Part shown: in pieces, positions 40,700 to 49,341 of the stretch | How positions within the stretch are numbered: position 1 is the first letter of the stretch | How the letters are laid out: each line of letters starts with the position of its first letter | NCBI GenBank assembly: GCA_050331735.1 | Contig: JBHJGN010000024.1 | Location: 1 to 64,000 of the forward strand | DNA length: 64,000 nucleotides | Source of the DNA: Cyanophyceae cyanobacterium | GTDB lineage: Bacteria; Cyanobacteriota; Cyanobacteriia; Cyanobacteriales; JBHJGN01 | Direction of reading: 5' to 3' | The notes under the pieces: model-generated | Databases searched by the model: none | What the model was told of the DNA's origin: nothing | Seen by the model: only the letters and a program-made list of their open reading frames with translations | Program-made: the position numbers and the translations under genes

Positions 40700-43600
40700 A
40701 TGCAACACTCGCTTCTCAAAGACGATCCCCTGTGGTTTAAAGATGCCGTGATTTATGAAGCGCCAGTTCGGGCATTTGCCGACAGCAATGGCGACGGTAT
40801 TGGCGATTTTCGGGGCTTGACAGAAAAGCTTGACTACCTCAGAGATTTAGGCGTGACAGCCGTCTGGATACTGCCCTTTTTTCCTTCTCCGCTGCGAGAT
40901 GACGGCTACGATATCGCTGATTACGGCAACGTTAATGCCATCTACGGTAATTTAGATGACTTTCAAGCGTTTCTCGATGCGGCCCACGAGCGAGGCATCC
41001 GCGTCATTATTGAGTTAATTGTTAACCATACATCCGATCAGCACCCCTGGTTTCAACGGGCGAGAAAAGCTCCCCCCGGCAGTAAGGAGAGAGATTTTTA
41101 TGTGTGGAGCGATACGCCAGATAAGTTTCCAGACGTGCGCATTATTTTCCAGGATTACGAAACCTCTAACTGGGCGTGGGATCCAGTAGCGAAAGCGTAT
41201 TACTGGCATCGCTTCTACTCTCATCAGCCTGATTTGAACTACGACTCTCCAGAGGTCCAGCAGGCAGTACTTAATATTGTTGATTTCTGGCTTCAGATGG
41301 GGGTAGATGGTATGCGTCTAGATGCGGTCCCCTACCTGTGCGTTGAAGAAGGAACGAATTGCGAAAATCTTCCCGGGACTCATGCCTTTCTCAAGAGTTT
41401 GAGAGCGCATATTGACCAGAAATTCCCGAACCGGATGTTGCTCGCGGAAGCGAATCAGTGGCCCGAAGATGCCGCCGCCTACTATGGAGAAGGCGATGAG
41501 TGCCACATGAACTTTCATTTTCCCCTGATGCCGCGCCTGTTTATGGCGCTGCGCATGGAAAACAGCTTTCCGATCATTGATATTTTGCAGCAAACGCCTG
41601 CTATTCCCGATAACTGTCAGTGGGCGCTGTTTTTACGGAACCACGACGAATTGACCCTAGAAATGGTCAGCGATGAGGACCGGGACTATATGTACCGGGT
41701 GTATGCTCAAGATCCCGATGCCCGTCTCAATTTGGGCATTCGCCGTCGGTTAGCTCCCCTACTGGGCAACGATCGCCGACAAATCGAGCTGATGAACGGG
41801 CTGCTGCTGTCTTTACCGGGAACTCCGGTGCTGTACTACGGTGACGAAATCGGCATGGGCGATAATATATACCTTGGCGATCGCAACGGAGTGCGGACGC
41901 CGATGCAGTGGAGCGCCGACCGCAATGCCGGGTTTAGTCGTGCCAATCCCCATCGGCTCTACTTCCCCGTAATTTTAGAATCAGAGTATCACTACGAAGC
42001 AGTCAACGTGGAGGCGCAGCAAAGCAACACTAATTCGCTGTGGTGGTGGATGAAGCGCCTGCTGGCCACGCGGGCGCGGTTCAAAGCCTTTGGTCGCGGC
42101 ACCTTTGAACTCCTGCATCCAGAAAATCGCAAAGTGCTTGCGTTTGTTCGCACCTACGAGGGCGAACACATTTTGGTAGTAGCCAATTTGTCGCGCTTTG
42201 CCCAAACCGTCGAACTTGACTTGACTCCCTTCAAAGGAATGATTCCGGTGGAGATCTTCGGACAAACGAAGTTTCCCGCCATTGACGAATCGAGCTATTT
42301 TCTCAGCATTAGTCCGCACGCGTTTTACTGGTTTACGCTTCAGTTCCAAGATCTCTACCAGCTTCCTTACCCGAAAGCTGAGCCACCGCTGATTACCGTC
42401 AACGGCAAGTGGCAGAACGTGTTTGCCCAAAGCGAAGCTCAAAAGTCTTTAGAATCGAGCCTGTCAGCTTATCTATACTCCTGTAGCTGGTTTGGACGCC
42501 ACCGAACCATCCAATCTACTCACATCATCGAAGCGATTCCCATTGCCTACAAAGATCGAGAAGCGGTGCTGACGCTTGTTCGGGTAGAATACACCGAAGG
42601 AACGCCAGAAATTTACGTGTTGCCTTTCGCCTATGGCACCGCTCATCCAGAAGGGGAAATTGCCAAAATTCAAACGAGCGAAGAGACGGGTGTGTTGTTT
42701 GATGCCTTGGCAGACAAAGACTTTTTAACCATTCCCCTAGAGGCGGTTGCTAAAGAACGAACGTATCAGGGGAAATCCGGTGAACTCAGAGCAGCGGCGA
42801 CGGAAACCTTTGCGTCTCTATCGCAAGCGGTTAGCAATATCACCCCCCATCTGTTCCGAGGAGAGCAAGATAATAGCTCAATCGTTTATGGTGATCGCTT
42901 TATTCTTAAAGTTTATCGTCGAGTGGAAGCGGGCATCAATCCAGACTGGGAACTCGGTCGCTTTTTGACCGAAACCGCTGGCGACCTCGTCGCTCCAGCC
43001 GCGGGCGTGATTCGCTATCATCCCCGACAGGGAGACTGGATCACCGTCGCGGTGCTGCAAGGATATGTTTCCGATACCATCGATGCCTGGTCCTATACAC
43101 TCGATAATTTGCGGGATTATTTCAACCGGATTATGGTCGAACAGACCGCGCTGGATGAGGTTTATCTCCCCGACTCCATGAGAACTGTTCAATCTTTGGA
43201 AATTCCCGATTTTGTCTACGAAAGTATTGGCTCTTATCTCGTTTCGGCCCAGCAGTTAGGACAGCAAACCGCACAGCTCCATATGACTTTGGCCGCTGAA
43301 ACGGACAATCCAAATTTTAAGCCAGAGCCGTTTACCTCTTTCTACCAGCGCTCTATCTACCAATACAGCCGCAATCTTGCCGGACAGGTCTTGCTCTCGC
43401 TCAAAAACCAGCTCGACCAGCTTCCAGAGGCGACGCAGCAGTTAGCTCAAATCGTTCTCAATCGGCAAGCTCAAATTCTAGAGGGCTTTCGCGCTGTGCT
43501 AGATTATAAAATTGCCGCGATGAGAACCCGCTGTCACGGGAAATACCATTTAGGTCAGGTGCTGTATACGGGCAAAGATTTTTTGATCACCGACTTTAAA

Positions 43601-43999
43601 GGCGAAACTAATCGGCCCTTAAGCGAACGGCGGATGAAGCGATCGCCTTTGCGAGACGTAGCGGGTATGCTTCAGTCATTCAACTTTGCTGCTAGACTGG
43701 CTCTGCGTCGAGAACTAGAAAGCGGCATCATGCGTCCAGATAATCTACCGCTAATGGAGCAGTGGAGTCACTTTTGGTATAGCTGGGTGAGCGCAGCCTT
43801 TCTCAATGCCTATCTAACGACTGCCGATCAAGCGGCCTTCTTGCCCAAGTCAGATGCCGAACTCCAGGTGTTGCTGGATGCCTACCTTTTGGAGAAAGCG
43901 ATTCAAGAGTTAAATAGCCAACTCCAGAATCCCCATCCTGAGTGGTTAGACATTGCTCTGCAATGGATTTCTCAACTGCTAGGAGCGGAAAGCGTCTAG
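40700..43999 (+). CDS. treS: Trehalose synthase (maltose alpha-D-glucosyltransferase) fused to a maltokinase-like domain
   Basis: WFKDAVIYE, NHTSDQHPWF, RLDAVPYL, EANQWPED, FLRNHDELTLE; C-terminal EQDNSS, KRSPLRDVAGMLQSF. Confidence 0.95.
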   Translation: MQHSLLKDDPLWFKDAVIYEAPVRAFADSNGDGIGDFRGLTEKLDYLRDLGVTAVWILPFFPSPLRDDGYDIADYGNVNAIYGNLDDFQAFLDAAHERGIRVIIELIVNHTSDQHPWFQRARKAPPGSKERDFYVWSDTPDKFPDVRIIFQDYETSNWAWDPVAKAYYWHRFYSHQPDLNYDSPEVQQAVLNIVDFWLQMGVDGMRLDAVPYLCVEEGTNCENLPGTHAFLKSLRAHIDQKFPNRMLLAEANQWPEDAAAYYGEGDECHMNFHFPLMPRLFMALRMENSFPIIDILQQTPAIPDNCQWALFLRNHDELTLEMVSDEDRDYMYRVYAQDPDARLNLGIRRRLAPLLGNDRRQIELMNGLLLSLPGTPVLYYGDEIGMGDNIYLGDRNGVRTPMQWSADRNAGFSRANPHRLYFPVILESEYHYEAVNVEAQQSNTNSLWWWMKRLLATRARFKAFGRGTFELLHPENRKVLAFVRTYEGEHILVVANLSRFAQTVELDLTPFKGMIPVEIFGQTKFPAIDESSYFLSISPHAFYWFTLQFQDLYQLPYPKAEPPLITVNGKWQNVFAQSEAQKSLESSLSAYLYSCSWFGRHRTIQSTHIIEAIPIAYKDREAVLTLVRVEYTEGTPEIYVLPFAYGTAHPEGEIAKIQTSEETGVLFDALADKDFLTIPLEAVAKERTYQGKSGELRAAATETFASLSQAVSNITPHLFRGEQDNSSIVYGDRFILKVYRRVEAGINPDWELGRFLTETAGDLVAPAAGVIRYHPRQGDWITVAVLQGYVSDTIDAWSYTLDNLRDYFNRIMVEQTALDEVYLPDSMRTVQSLEIPDFVYESIGSYLVSAQQLGQQTAQLHMTLAAETDNPNFKPEPFTSFYQRSIYQYSRNLAGQVLLSLKNQLDQLPEATQQLAQIVLNRQAQILEGFRAVLDYKIAAMRTRCHGKYHLGQVLYTGKDFLITDFKGETNRPLSERRMKRSPLRDVAGMLQSFNFAARLALRRELESGIMRPDNLPLMEQWSHFWYSWVSAAFLNAYLTTADQAAFLPKSDAELQVLLDAYLLEKAIQELNSQLQNPHPEWLDIALQWISQLLGAESV

Positions 44000-44003
44000 C
44001 TTA

Positions 44004-44193
44004 ACGCCTGCGGCGTTGGGGAAAAGGGCAAAGGGGAAGGGGGAACGGGATGAACTAGACAGCTTGTTCCTTAACCCTGTGTTCTTGACCTGTCCCGTGC
44101 TTCCTGCGGAAAAACTGCGTAAACGCGACATTTCCCTTGCCCCTTTCCCCGTTCCGGAGGAACAGTTTCCCCCTTCCCCGTCCCTACGGAACA
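44004..44193. repeat. Family C repeat, same orientation as the 40370 copy
   Basis: Shares CTTCCTGCGGAAxAACTGCGTAAACGCGAC and GTTCCGGAGGAAC with the 40370 copy. Confidence 0.85.
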
Positions 44194-45063
44194 CTAAACG
44201 ATTTTCCGAACAATTGGGAAGCCCACACTCACCCGAGTGCCTTGAGCGGAGGACCGAAGCTCTAGCCTGCCTCCGTGGGCTTCTACGATCTGTTGAGCGA
44301 TCGCTAAACCGAGTCCGTTGCCGTCTGGTTTAGTGGTCAAAAATGGCTCGGTGATGTGGGGCAATAGCTCTGGAGCGATCGGCTGGCCGCCGTTCGAGAT
44401 GCTGACCCACGCTTGCGCTGCGTTGATGTCAATGCGCCAGCTAACGTCTTCTCCCGGGGAAATCGCTTCACAGGCGTTGCTGGCCAAATTGATGAACACC
44501 TGCTTGAGCTTGTCGCGATCGCCTTTGACCCAAACTGCCGTCGAGGGACTGACAAAACGCATGTTGCGCTCTGAGGCCACTGGTAAGGTCAAAACCAGGT
44601 TCAGAGTGTCTCTGATGAGCTTGTTGAGTTCGAGCTCGTGACGCTGAAGCACCAGCGGTCTAGCATAGAGCAAAATCTCGTCTACGAGTCTTTGTAAGCG
44701 TTCTGCTTCTTCTAAGGCGAGCGCCAGTCGGTCTTTTGCTGCTTCTGGCAAGGTTAACTTTTGGCAGGCGGACAGTCCCAGTAAAATCGTTGTCAGAGGA
44801 CTCCGCATTTCATGAACAATTGTGGTTGCCTTAGCCCCAATTTTCGCTAAACGGGCAGTGGAATCAGGAGCTTCTAATTCCACATCTGGTGCGTGTTCTG
44901 GTTGCTGAGTCCTCTCTGGGTAGAATTGTTCGTCTAAGTGAGCTGGCACACCGGAGCTGCCTCCGGTGTGCCAGTTGTTTCCCGCCGTCTCACGGCGGGA
45001 AAGGTTGGCACCGGAACTTTGAGCTTTGGCTGCCCTTTGCTGATCTGGCATTCGGTTCTTCAA
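44194..45063 (-). CDS. Histidine kinase without a recognisable sensor domain
   Basis: VHEMRSPL H-box, KLKQVFINLASNACEA, EPFLTTKPDGNGLGLAI. Confidence 0.88.
   Translation of the reverse strand: MKNRMPDQQRAAKAQSSGANLSRRETAGNNWHTGGSSGVPAHLDEQFYPERTQQPEHAPDVELEAPDSTARLAKIGAKATTIVHEMRSPLTTILLGLSACQKLTLPEAAKDRLALALEEAERLQRLVDEILLYARPLVLQRHELELNKLIRDTLNLVLTLPVASERNMRFVSPSTAVWVKGDRDKLKQVFINLASNACEAISPGEDVSWRIDINAAQAWVSISNGGQPIAPELLPHITEPFLTTKPDGNGLGLAIAQQIVEAHGGRLELRSSAQGTRVSVGFPIVRKIV
44941..45024. repeat. 84-nt palindromic repeat (family D) lying in-frame within the kinase ORF
   Basis: Two hairpins; inverted near-copy at 46263-46351. Confidence 0.85.
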
Positions 45064-45217
45064 CGCTGTCTAAACAGCCTAGGAAACTGTGTTACTCCGA
45101 CCAGAGGACGGCAAGCCTACTTGACATCGACGATCGAGAGTTCTCTTTGCCAGATATCCTACCAAAGTCTCCTTTAAAAACAAAGCTTTTAATAATACCA
45201 AAATTACTTGATCTAGA

Positions 45218-45829
45218 TCAAGCTACTGAGGAAGTATTTAGCCTAATAGAGCGTCCTGAACGAGTGATGCTGCCTTCCTGCTCTAGACGCTTAAGGGCAC
45301 GAGAGAGGGTTTCAGGAGTGAAACCTAGTTCGGTCGCGACATCTTTTAGGGGGCTATCCAAGGTAATAACGTTGTCGTTGGAGCGAGCCAGATAACGCAA
45401 GTACTGATGAACCCGTCGATGAGCTGTGCGCATATCTTGTAACTCCAGCCGCACATAGAGAGCCTGAATTTTGAAGGCGAGTTTGGCGATGAGATCTTCT
45501 GCCAATTCTGGGTAGTCGCGGAGGGTAGGGAGTAAAACTGGCTTAGGATAAACAATCACCTGAGACTCGGTATCGGCGATCGCTGTACAAGAGTAGCTAT
45601 CCGCGACGAGGGCTTCTTCTCCTAAACTGTCACTCTGGCGAGCAACTTGTAACAAAGCGACTCGCTCTTCCAAGGTATTGCGAATGAGCCTGACTCGTCC
45701 AGTGTTTAACATGAAAAAAGCAGTAGCTACATCCCCCTGGCAAAAAAGAGATTGTCCGTCGACAAGGTTTTGGATAGTAACAGCTTGGCGTAAAGTAAGC
45801 GGGAGGCTGGCCGGACTCAAAAGATCCAT
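45218..45829 (-). CDS. Crp/Fnr family transcriptional regulator (different subfamily from the CECY group)
   Basis: LFCQGD, GRVRL, SLGEEAL, HTH KDVATELGFTPETLSRALKRLEQEG. Confidence 0.92.
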   Translation of the reverse strand: MDLLSPASLPLTLRQAVTIQNLVDGQSLFCQGDVATAFFMLNTGRVRLIRNTLEERVALLQVARQSDSLGEEALVADSYSCTAIADTESQVIVYPKPVLLPTLRDYPELAEDLIAKLAFKIQALYVRLELQDMRTAHRRVHQYLRYLARSNDNVITLDSPLKDVATELGFTPETLSRALKRLEQEGSITRSGRSIRLNTSSVA

Positions 45830-46059
45830 AAATTTAACAAGTAGCTAGTGATTGCAAAAGCAGTAGCAGACGCGCTTTCCATCGCCGATCCAAAGACGCT
45901 GGTTGTTTGTAGTCTCTTGCTTAATTGTGCTGGTTCTTTAATTATTAAAGGGCGTTTCTGAGAGATAGCTGATTTTTTGGCGAGATCCTGCCCAAAATTG
46001 GCGATTTTACTGCTTATCTATGGCTGATTTGGCCTTCATTTACCCCCACACGAAATCTT

Positions 46060-46174
46060 AGTTGGGGGAAAGGGGAAGGGGTAAAGGGGAAAGGGAAGCA
46101 CAGCAGCTCTTTGCCCTTGAACCTCCAACTCTTGGTTAGTTTGGGAACTATCTGACTACTTTCGGTAAATGGTA
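46060..46174 (-). mobile_element. Truncated, inverted MITE family B copy
   Basis: GAAGCACAGCAGCTCTTTGCCCTTGAACCTCC...CTACTTTCGGTAAATGGTA|TTA is the reverse complement of the 37050 element's left part. Confidence 0.82.
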
Positions 46175-46225
46175 TTATCCAGCAAAGCAATTGTCTCCTA
46201 AGTTTTACCCCCTGCTATACCTGCA

Positions 46226-46258
46226 CAAAAAACTGGCACTTCTTGTATAAGAAGTGCC
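46226..46258 (-). terminator. Intrinsic terminator downstream of the 46444-46881 gene
   Basis: GGCACTTCTT-gtat-AAGAAGTGCC stem with a U-tract on the minus strand. Confidence 0.7.
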
Positions 46259-46262
46259 GACT

Positions 46263-46351
46263 GCTCAAAGTTCCGGTGCCAGTTGTTTCCCGCCGTCTCA
46301 CGGCGGGAAACAACTGGCACACCGGAGGCAGCTCCGGCGGCTGCTTTGAGC
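46263..46351. repeat. Palindromic repeat family D, intergenic copy
   Basis: GCTCAAAG...GTGCCAGTTGTTTCCCGCCGT-ctc-ACGGCGGGAAACAACTGGCAC...CTTTGAGC. Confidence 0.85.
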
Positions 46352-46443
46352 AAGCTTAACCTTGGATATAGCTAGTTTTCTCTAGTAGAGCAAAACCGGG
46401 CCTGACGTACAATACTTTTTGTCTAGGCGACAGGAACAACCGC

Positions 46444-46881
46444 TCACCGACTCATCACTAAAGCTAAATTGCGGAGCTGTAGATCGACAGCTCCTAGGTA
46501 GGTTTCATCTTCTGCTGCTTCAGGGGCTAAATCTCCAGATGCTACTGCCGCCTGTACCAGAGAATCTGAGTCAATTTCTCCAGAACGAACCCCCTCGGCG
46601 AATTGGGCAAAAGCGGGAATTCCCTGCTCTGTATACTCCCCTCCGTAGGCAGAGCGAACGAGACTGAACGCCTCTGTCATCGGAACGTTAAATTCCATCA
46701 TCATCATTTCCATCATCATCATCTGCATCATCAGAGACATCTCTCGGTCTCTGAGTCTCTCAGTAAACTGAGCAATGCGCGTCTCCTCTGTTTGCTCTTG
46801 TTTTAGCTCTGCCATTGCCGAGGGTGCAAAGGCAGTAGACGCTAATAAAACAGACAAACCACCAACAAATAATTTTTTCAT
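46444..46881 (-). CDS. Secreted protein with a poly-Met tract
   Basis: Signal peptide MKKLFVGGLS...AMA; MMQMMMMEMMMM; C-terminal domain AFSLVRSAYGG..QGIP..LVQAAV. Confidence 0.75.
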   Translation of the reverse strand: MKKLFVGGLSVLLASTAFAPSAMAELKQEQTEETRIAQFTERLRDREMSLMMQMMMMEMMMMEFNVPMTEAFSLVRSAYGGEYTEQGIPAFAQFAEGVRSGEIDSDSLVQAAVASGDLAPEAAEDETYLGAVDLQLRNLALVMSR

Positions 46882-47136
46882 TGTTTAACCTTTGACTGAT
46901 TCAAATACGTTGTCGAAACTTGACGAGTTTTAGAATCTCGTTTGCTTCAAGCCTAATATTGGCTTATAAGTTCAGCGAGAGCAACCACTCCTGCCAAGAA
47001 AAGTTTATTGATTGGCAGTAAGAAGCAGAATACAGCATTGGGGATAAATTTGAAAAGCTGCATCTTCATTGAGACAATGCTTGGCAAGTTTAGGAGAACA
47101 AACTGAAAAAACGCTGAGAAATATGCCACTTTTTCT

Positions 47137-49137
47137 TTAAGATTCTCGTCCAGTAGCCCAGCGATCGCGCCACTTAACCGTTCCTTCACTAGCGATTACC
47201 CAGCGGCGACAGACCAAGTTTTCCCGCAGCGGAGATTGTCCGGCTCGCCAGATGGCATATTTGTAGGCAATCAGTTGACCGACACTTTCTTCAAAGGGAA
47301 TCTCACCGAACCAGGTATTGGAGTTGATGTATTCTAGCGGATAAGCTTTAGCAATATCCCAGTTCCCTAATTCTGGGCAGTCTCCGGTGACGACGACGGT
47401 TTCTCCCGGTTGAGTCTGTACGCCGTTAAGCTGAACGCGCACAATCGTTTGTCCTTTCACCCGTTCTCCCACATGACTGAGAACAATCACCTGTTTCGAG
47501 TCGAGGGCCAAATTGTAGAGATGTCCGTCCTCTACTTCCAGCTTGTTCACCGACATTACATCCGTGTGTTCTCCATTCGGTAACTCGGTGTCAACGGCTT
47601 CAACGGTGGTTGGTTCTCCCCGGTTCATCGCCACAAATAGCACCGAATCTCGATAGCGACGCACATAGCAGTACACGTCAGGAGTAATGTATTTTTGCCA
47701 CTGACCGCCCATAGAAACGGCGGGATTCAGTCGCCGCAACCCAGAAAGGAGGCGAATCTCCCGATAGATATCGGTATCAGCATCCCAGGTCTCCATCATT
47801 GGGCGGTTGTAGGGATCGTTATTGCCGTAGGGATTGCTGTCGCCATTGGTATCGTTGTGCAAGTACTGTTCTGTACCGTAGTACAGACAGGGAATCCCGC
47901 GAGCCGTCATCACGAAAGCTACGGCCAAACGCAACGCGTCTGGGTCGGGGTTGAGGGTTTGGAACCGATGCATGTCATGATTGTCGATAAAAGTGACGAG
48001 TTCAGTCGCGCCGTCGTAGCGATCATCAAGATCGAGAATGTCCTGAACTAAGTAGAAACCTTGCTCATCGTAAGTGCCCAAAGCCTGACGAACGGCCATC
48101 GCCAAGCCAAAATCCAAGAGCGTAATCCCAGCATTGTTGGCAAATTCTACAGAACGCTCGTCTTCAGGATGGTTGTAGATCCATTCCCCAAACATAAACA
48201 CGTCTGGTCGATGGGACTGAATATCGGCGCTGAACTCTTGCCAGAACCAGATTGGCATGTGTTTGACAGTATCAATCCTCAGGGCATCTACGCCCCGGTC
48301 TAGCCACTGCTTGATGGCCGATTTAATATAGTTGCGATACTCAGTATTATTTTCATTGAACGTTGCTAACCCAGAGAGTTCGCCGTTTTGCACCTGCCAC
48401 TCGTCTTCCCAATTCGTGATGATGCCGTAGTGGTGATACCAGCCGTTGTTGTCGTTGTTAAAGTCGGCAATTTTCACGCCATCGTCGTAGAGTTCGCCTT
48501 TTTTGCCGCTGAAATCAGGATTACTATGGTTACAAACGATGTCTAAAATTAGCTTCATGTTCCGCTGATGTAGTTCATCAATCAGGCGGTCGAAGACAGT
48601 ATTTCGGGTTTCCTGTGTTTTGTTGAGGGAAGGCTCTTCTCCTTTGGCAATGTAGCGCTGGTTGAGACGTTTAAAATCTTTGGTCCAGTAACCGTGAATG
48701 GCGGCTTGCTCAATAAATAAAGCTTCGACTTGTTCAAACAAGGGCGTTAACCATAAGGCGGTCACGCCCAAGTTTTTTAAATAGTCCAGCTTATCGATGA
48801 TTCCTTGCAAATCTCCGCCCCAGTATTTACCCCAATCTTGCTGTTCTGGATCGTATAGTTCCGGGTTTGGTCCCTCGCTATTATTGGGGTCTCCATCGTA
48901 GAAACGGTCTACCACCACAAAATAAATGGTTTCTTGGCGAAACTCAATATCTCTGGTGTAGAGAAAGTCAAGGTCTACATCGCTTTCTGGTGGGGGTTCG
49001 GTAACGAGCGTTTCTACCTTCGCGTCCGCTTCTGGTTGAGGAACTTCGTACTGAGAGCGGGACGATCTCAGAGTGGGGTCTGCTGTGGATGGGCTAGCCT
49101 GAGCTTGAGAAGGATCGGAGGGAGGATGTGCAACCAT
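47137..49137 (-). CDS. GH13 alpha-amylase / CGTase-like enzyme with C-terminal CBM20
   Basis: IYFVVVDRF, GGDLQGII, LRIDTVKH, FGEW, FIDNHD; GDCPELGNW starch-binding domain. Confidence 0.9.
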   Translation of the reverse strand: MVAHPPSDPSQAQASPSTADPTLRSSRSQYEVPQPEADAKVETLVTEPPPESDVDLDFLYTRDIEFRQETIYFVVVDRFYDGDPNNSEGPNPELYDPEQQDWGKYWGGDLQGIIDKLDYLKNLGVTALWLTPLFEQVEALFIEQAAIHGYWTKDFKRLNQRYIAKGEEPSLNKTQETRNTVFDRLIDELHQRNMKLILDIVCNHSNPDFSGKKGELYDDGVKIADFNNDNNGWYHHYGIITNWEDEWQVQNGELSGLATFNENNTEYRNYIKSAIKQWLDRGVDALRIDTVKHMPIWFWQEFSADIQSHRPDVFMFGEWIYNHPEDERSVEFANNAGITLLDFGLAMAVRQALGTYDEQGFYLVQDILDLDDRYDGATELVTFIDNHDMHRFQTLNPDPDALRLAVAFVMTARGIPCLYYGTEQYLHNDTNGDSNPYGNNDPYNRPMMETWDADTDIYREIRLLSGLRRLNPAVSMGGQWQKYITPDVYCYVRRYRDSVLFVAMNRGEPTTVEAVDTELPNGEHTDVMSVNKLEVEDGHLYNLALDSKQVIVLSHVGERVKGQTIVRVQLNGVQTQPGETVVVTGDCPELGNWDIAKAYPLEYINSNTWFGEIPFEESVGQLIAYKYAIWRAGQSPLRENLVCRRWVIASEGTVKWRDRWATGRES

Positions 49138-49341
49138 AGATTTTTTAAAGTACCTGGAACACAAAACGATGTCTCCTAAGATTACAAAATTTTACAAATT
49201 ACCGAAATACATCTTTGGATAGGAGAATAGGCAGTCGCCACCAGTCGGCTCAACCCCCCAGTGATGAATAGATTTTCATTAAGATTAAGATAGTAGAGGA
49301 ACCAGCTCTCGTCGCCGATTAGGGCTACTCGGAGTCTTTCT

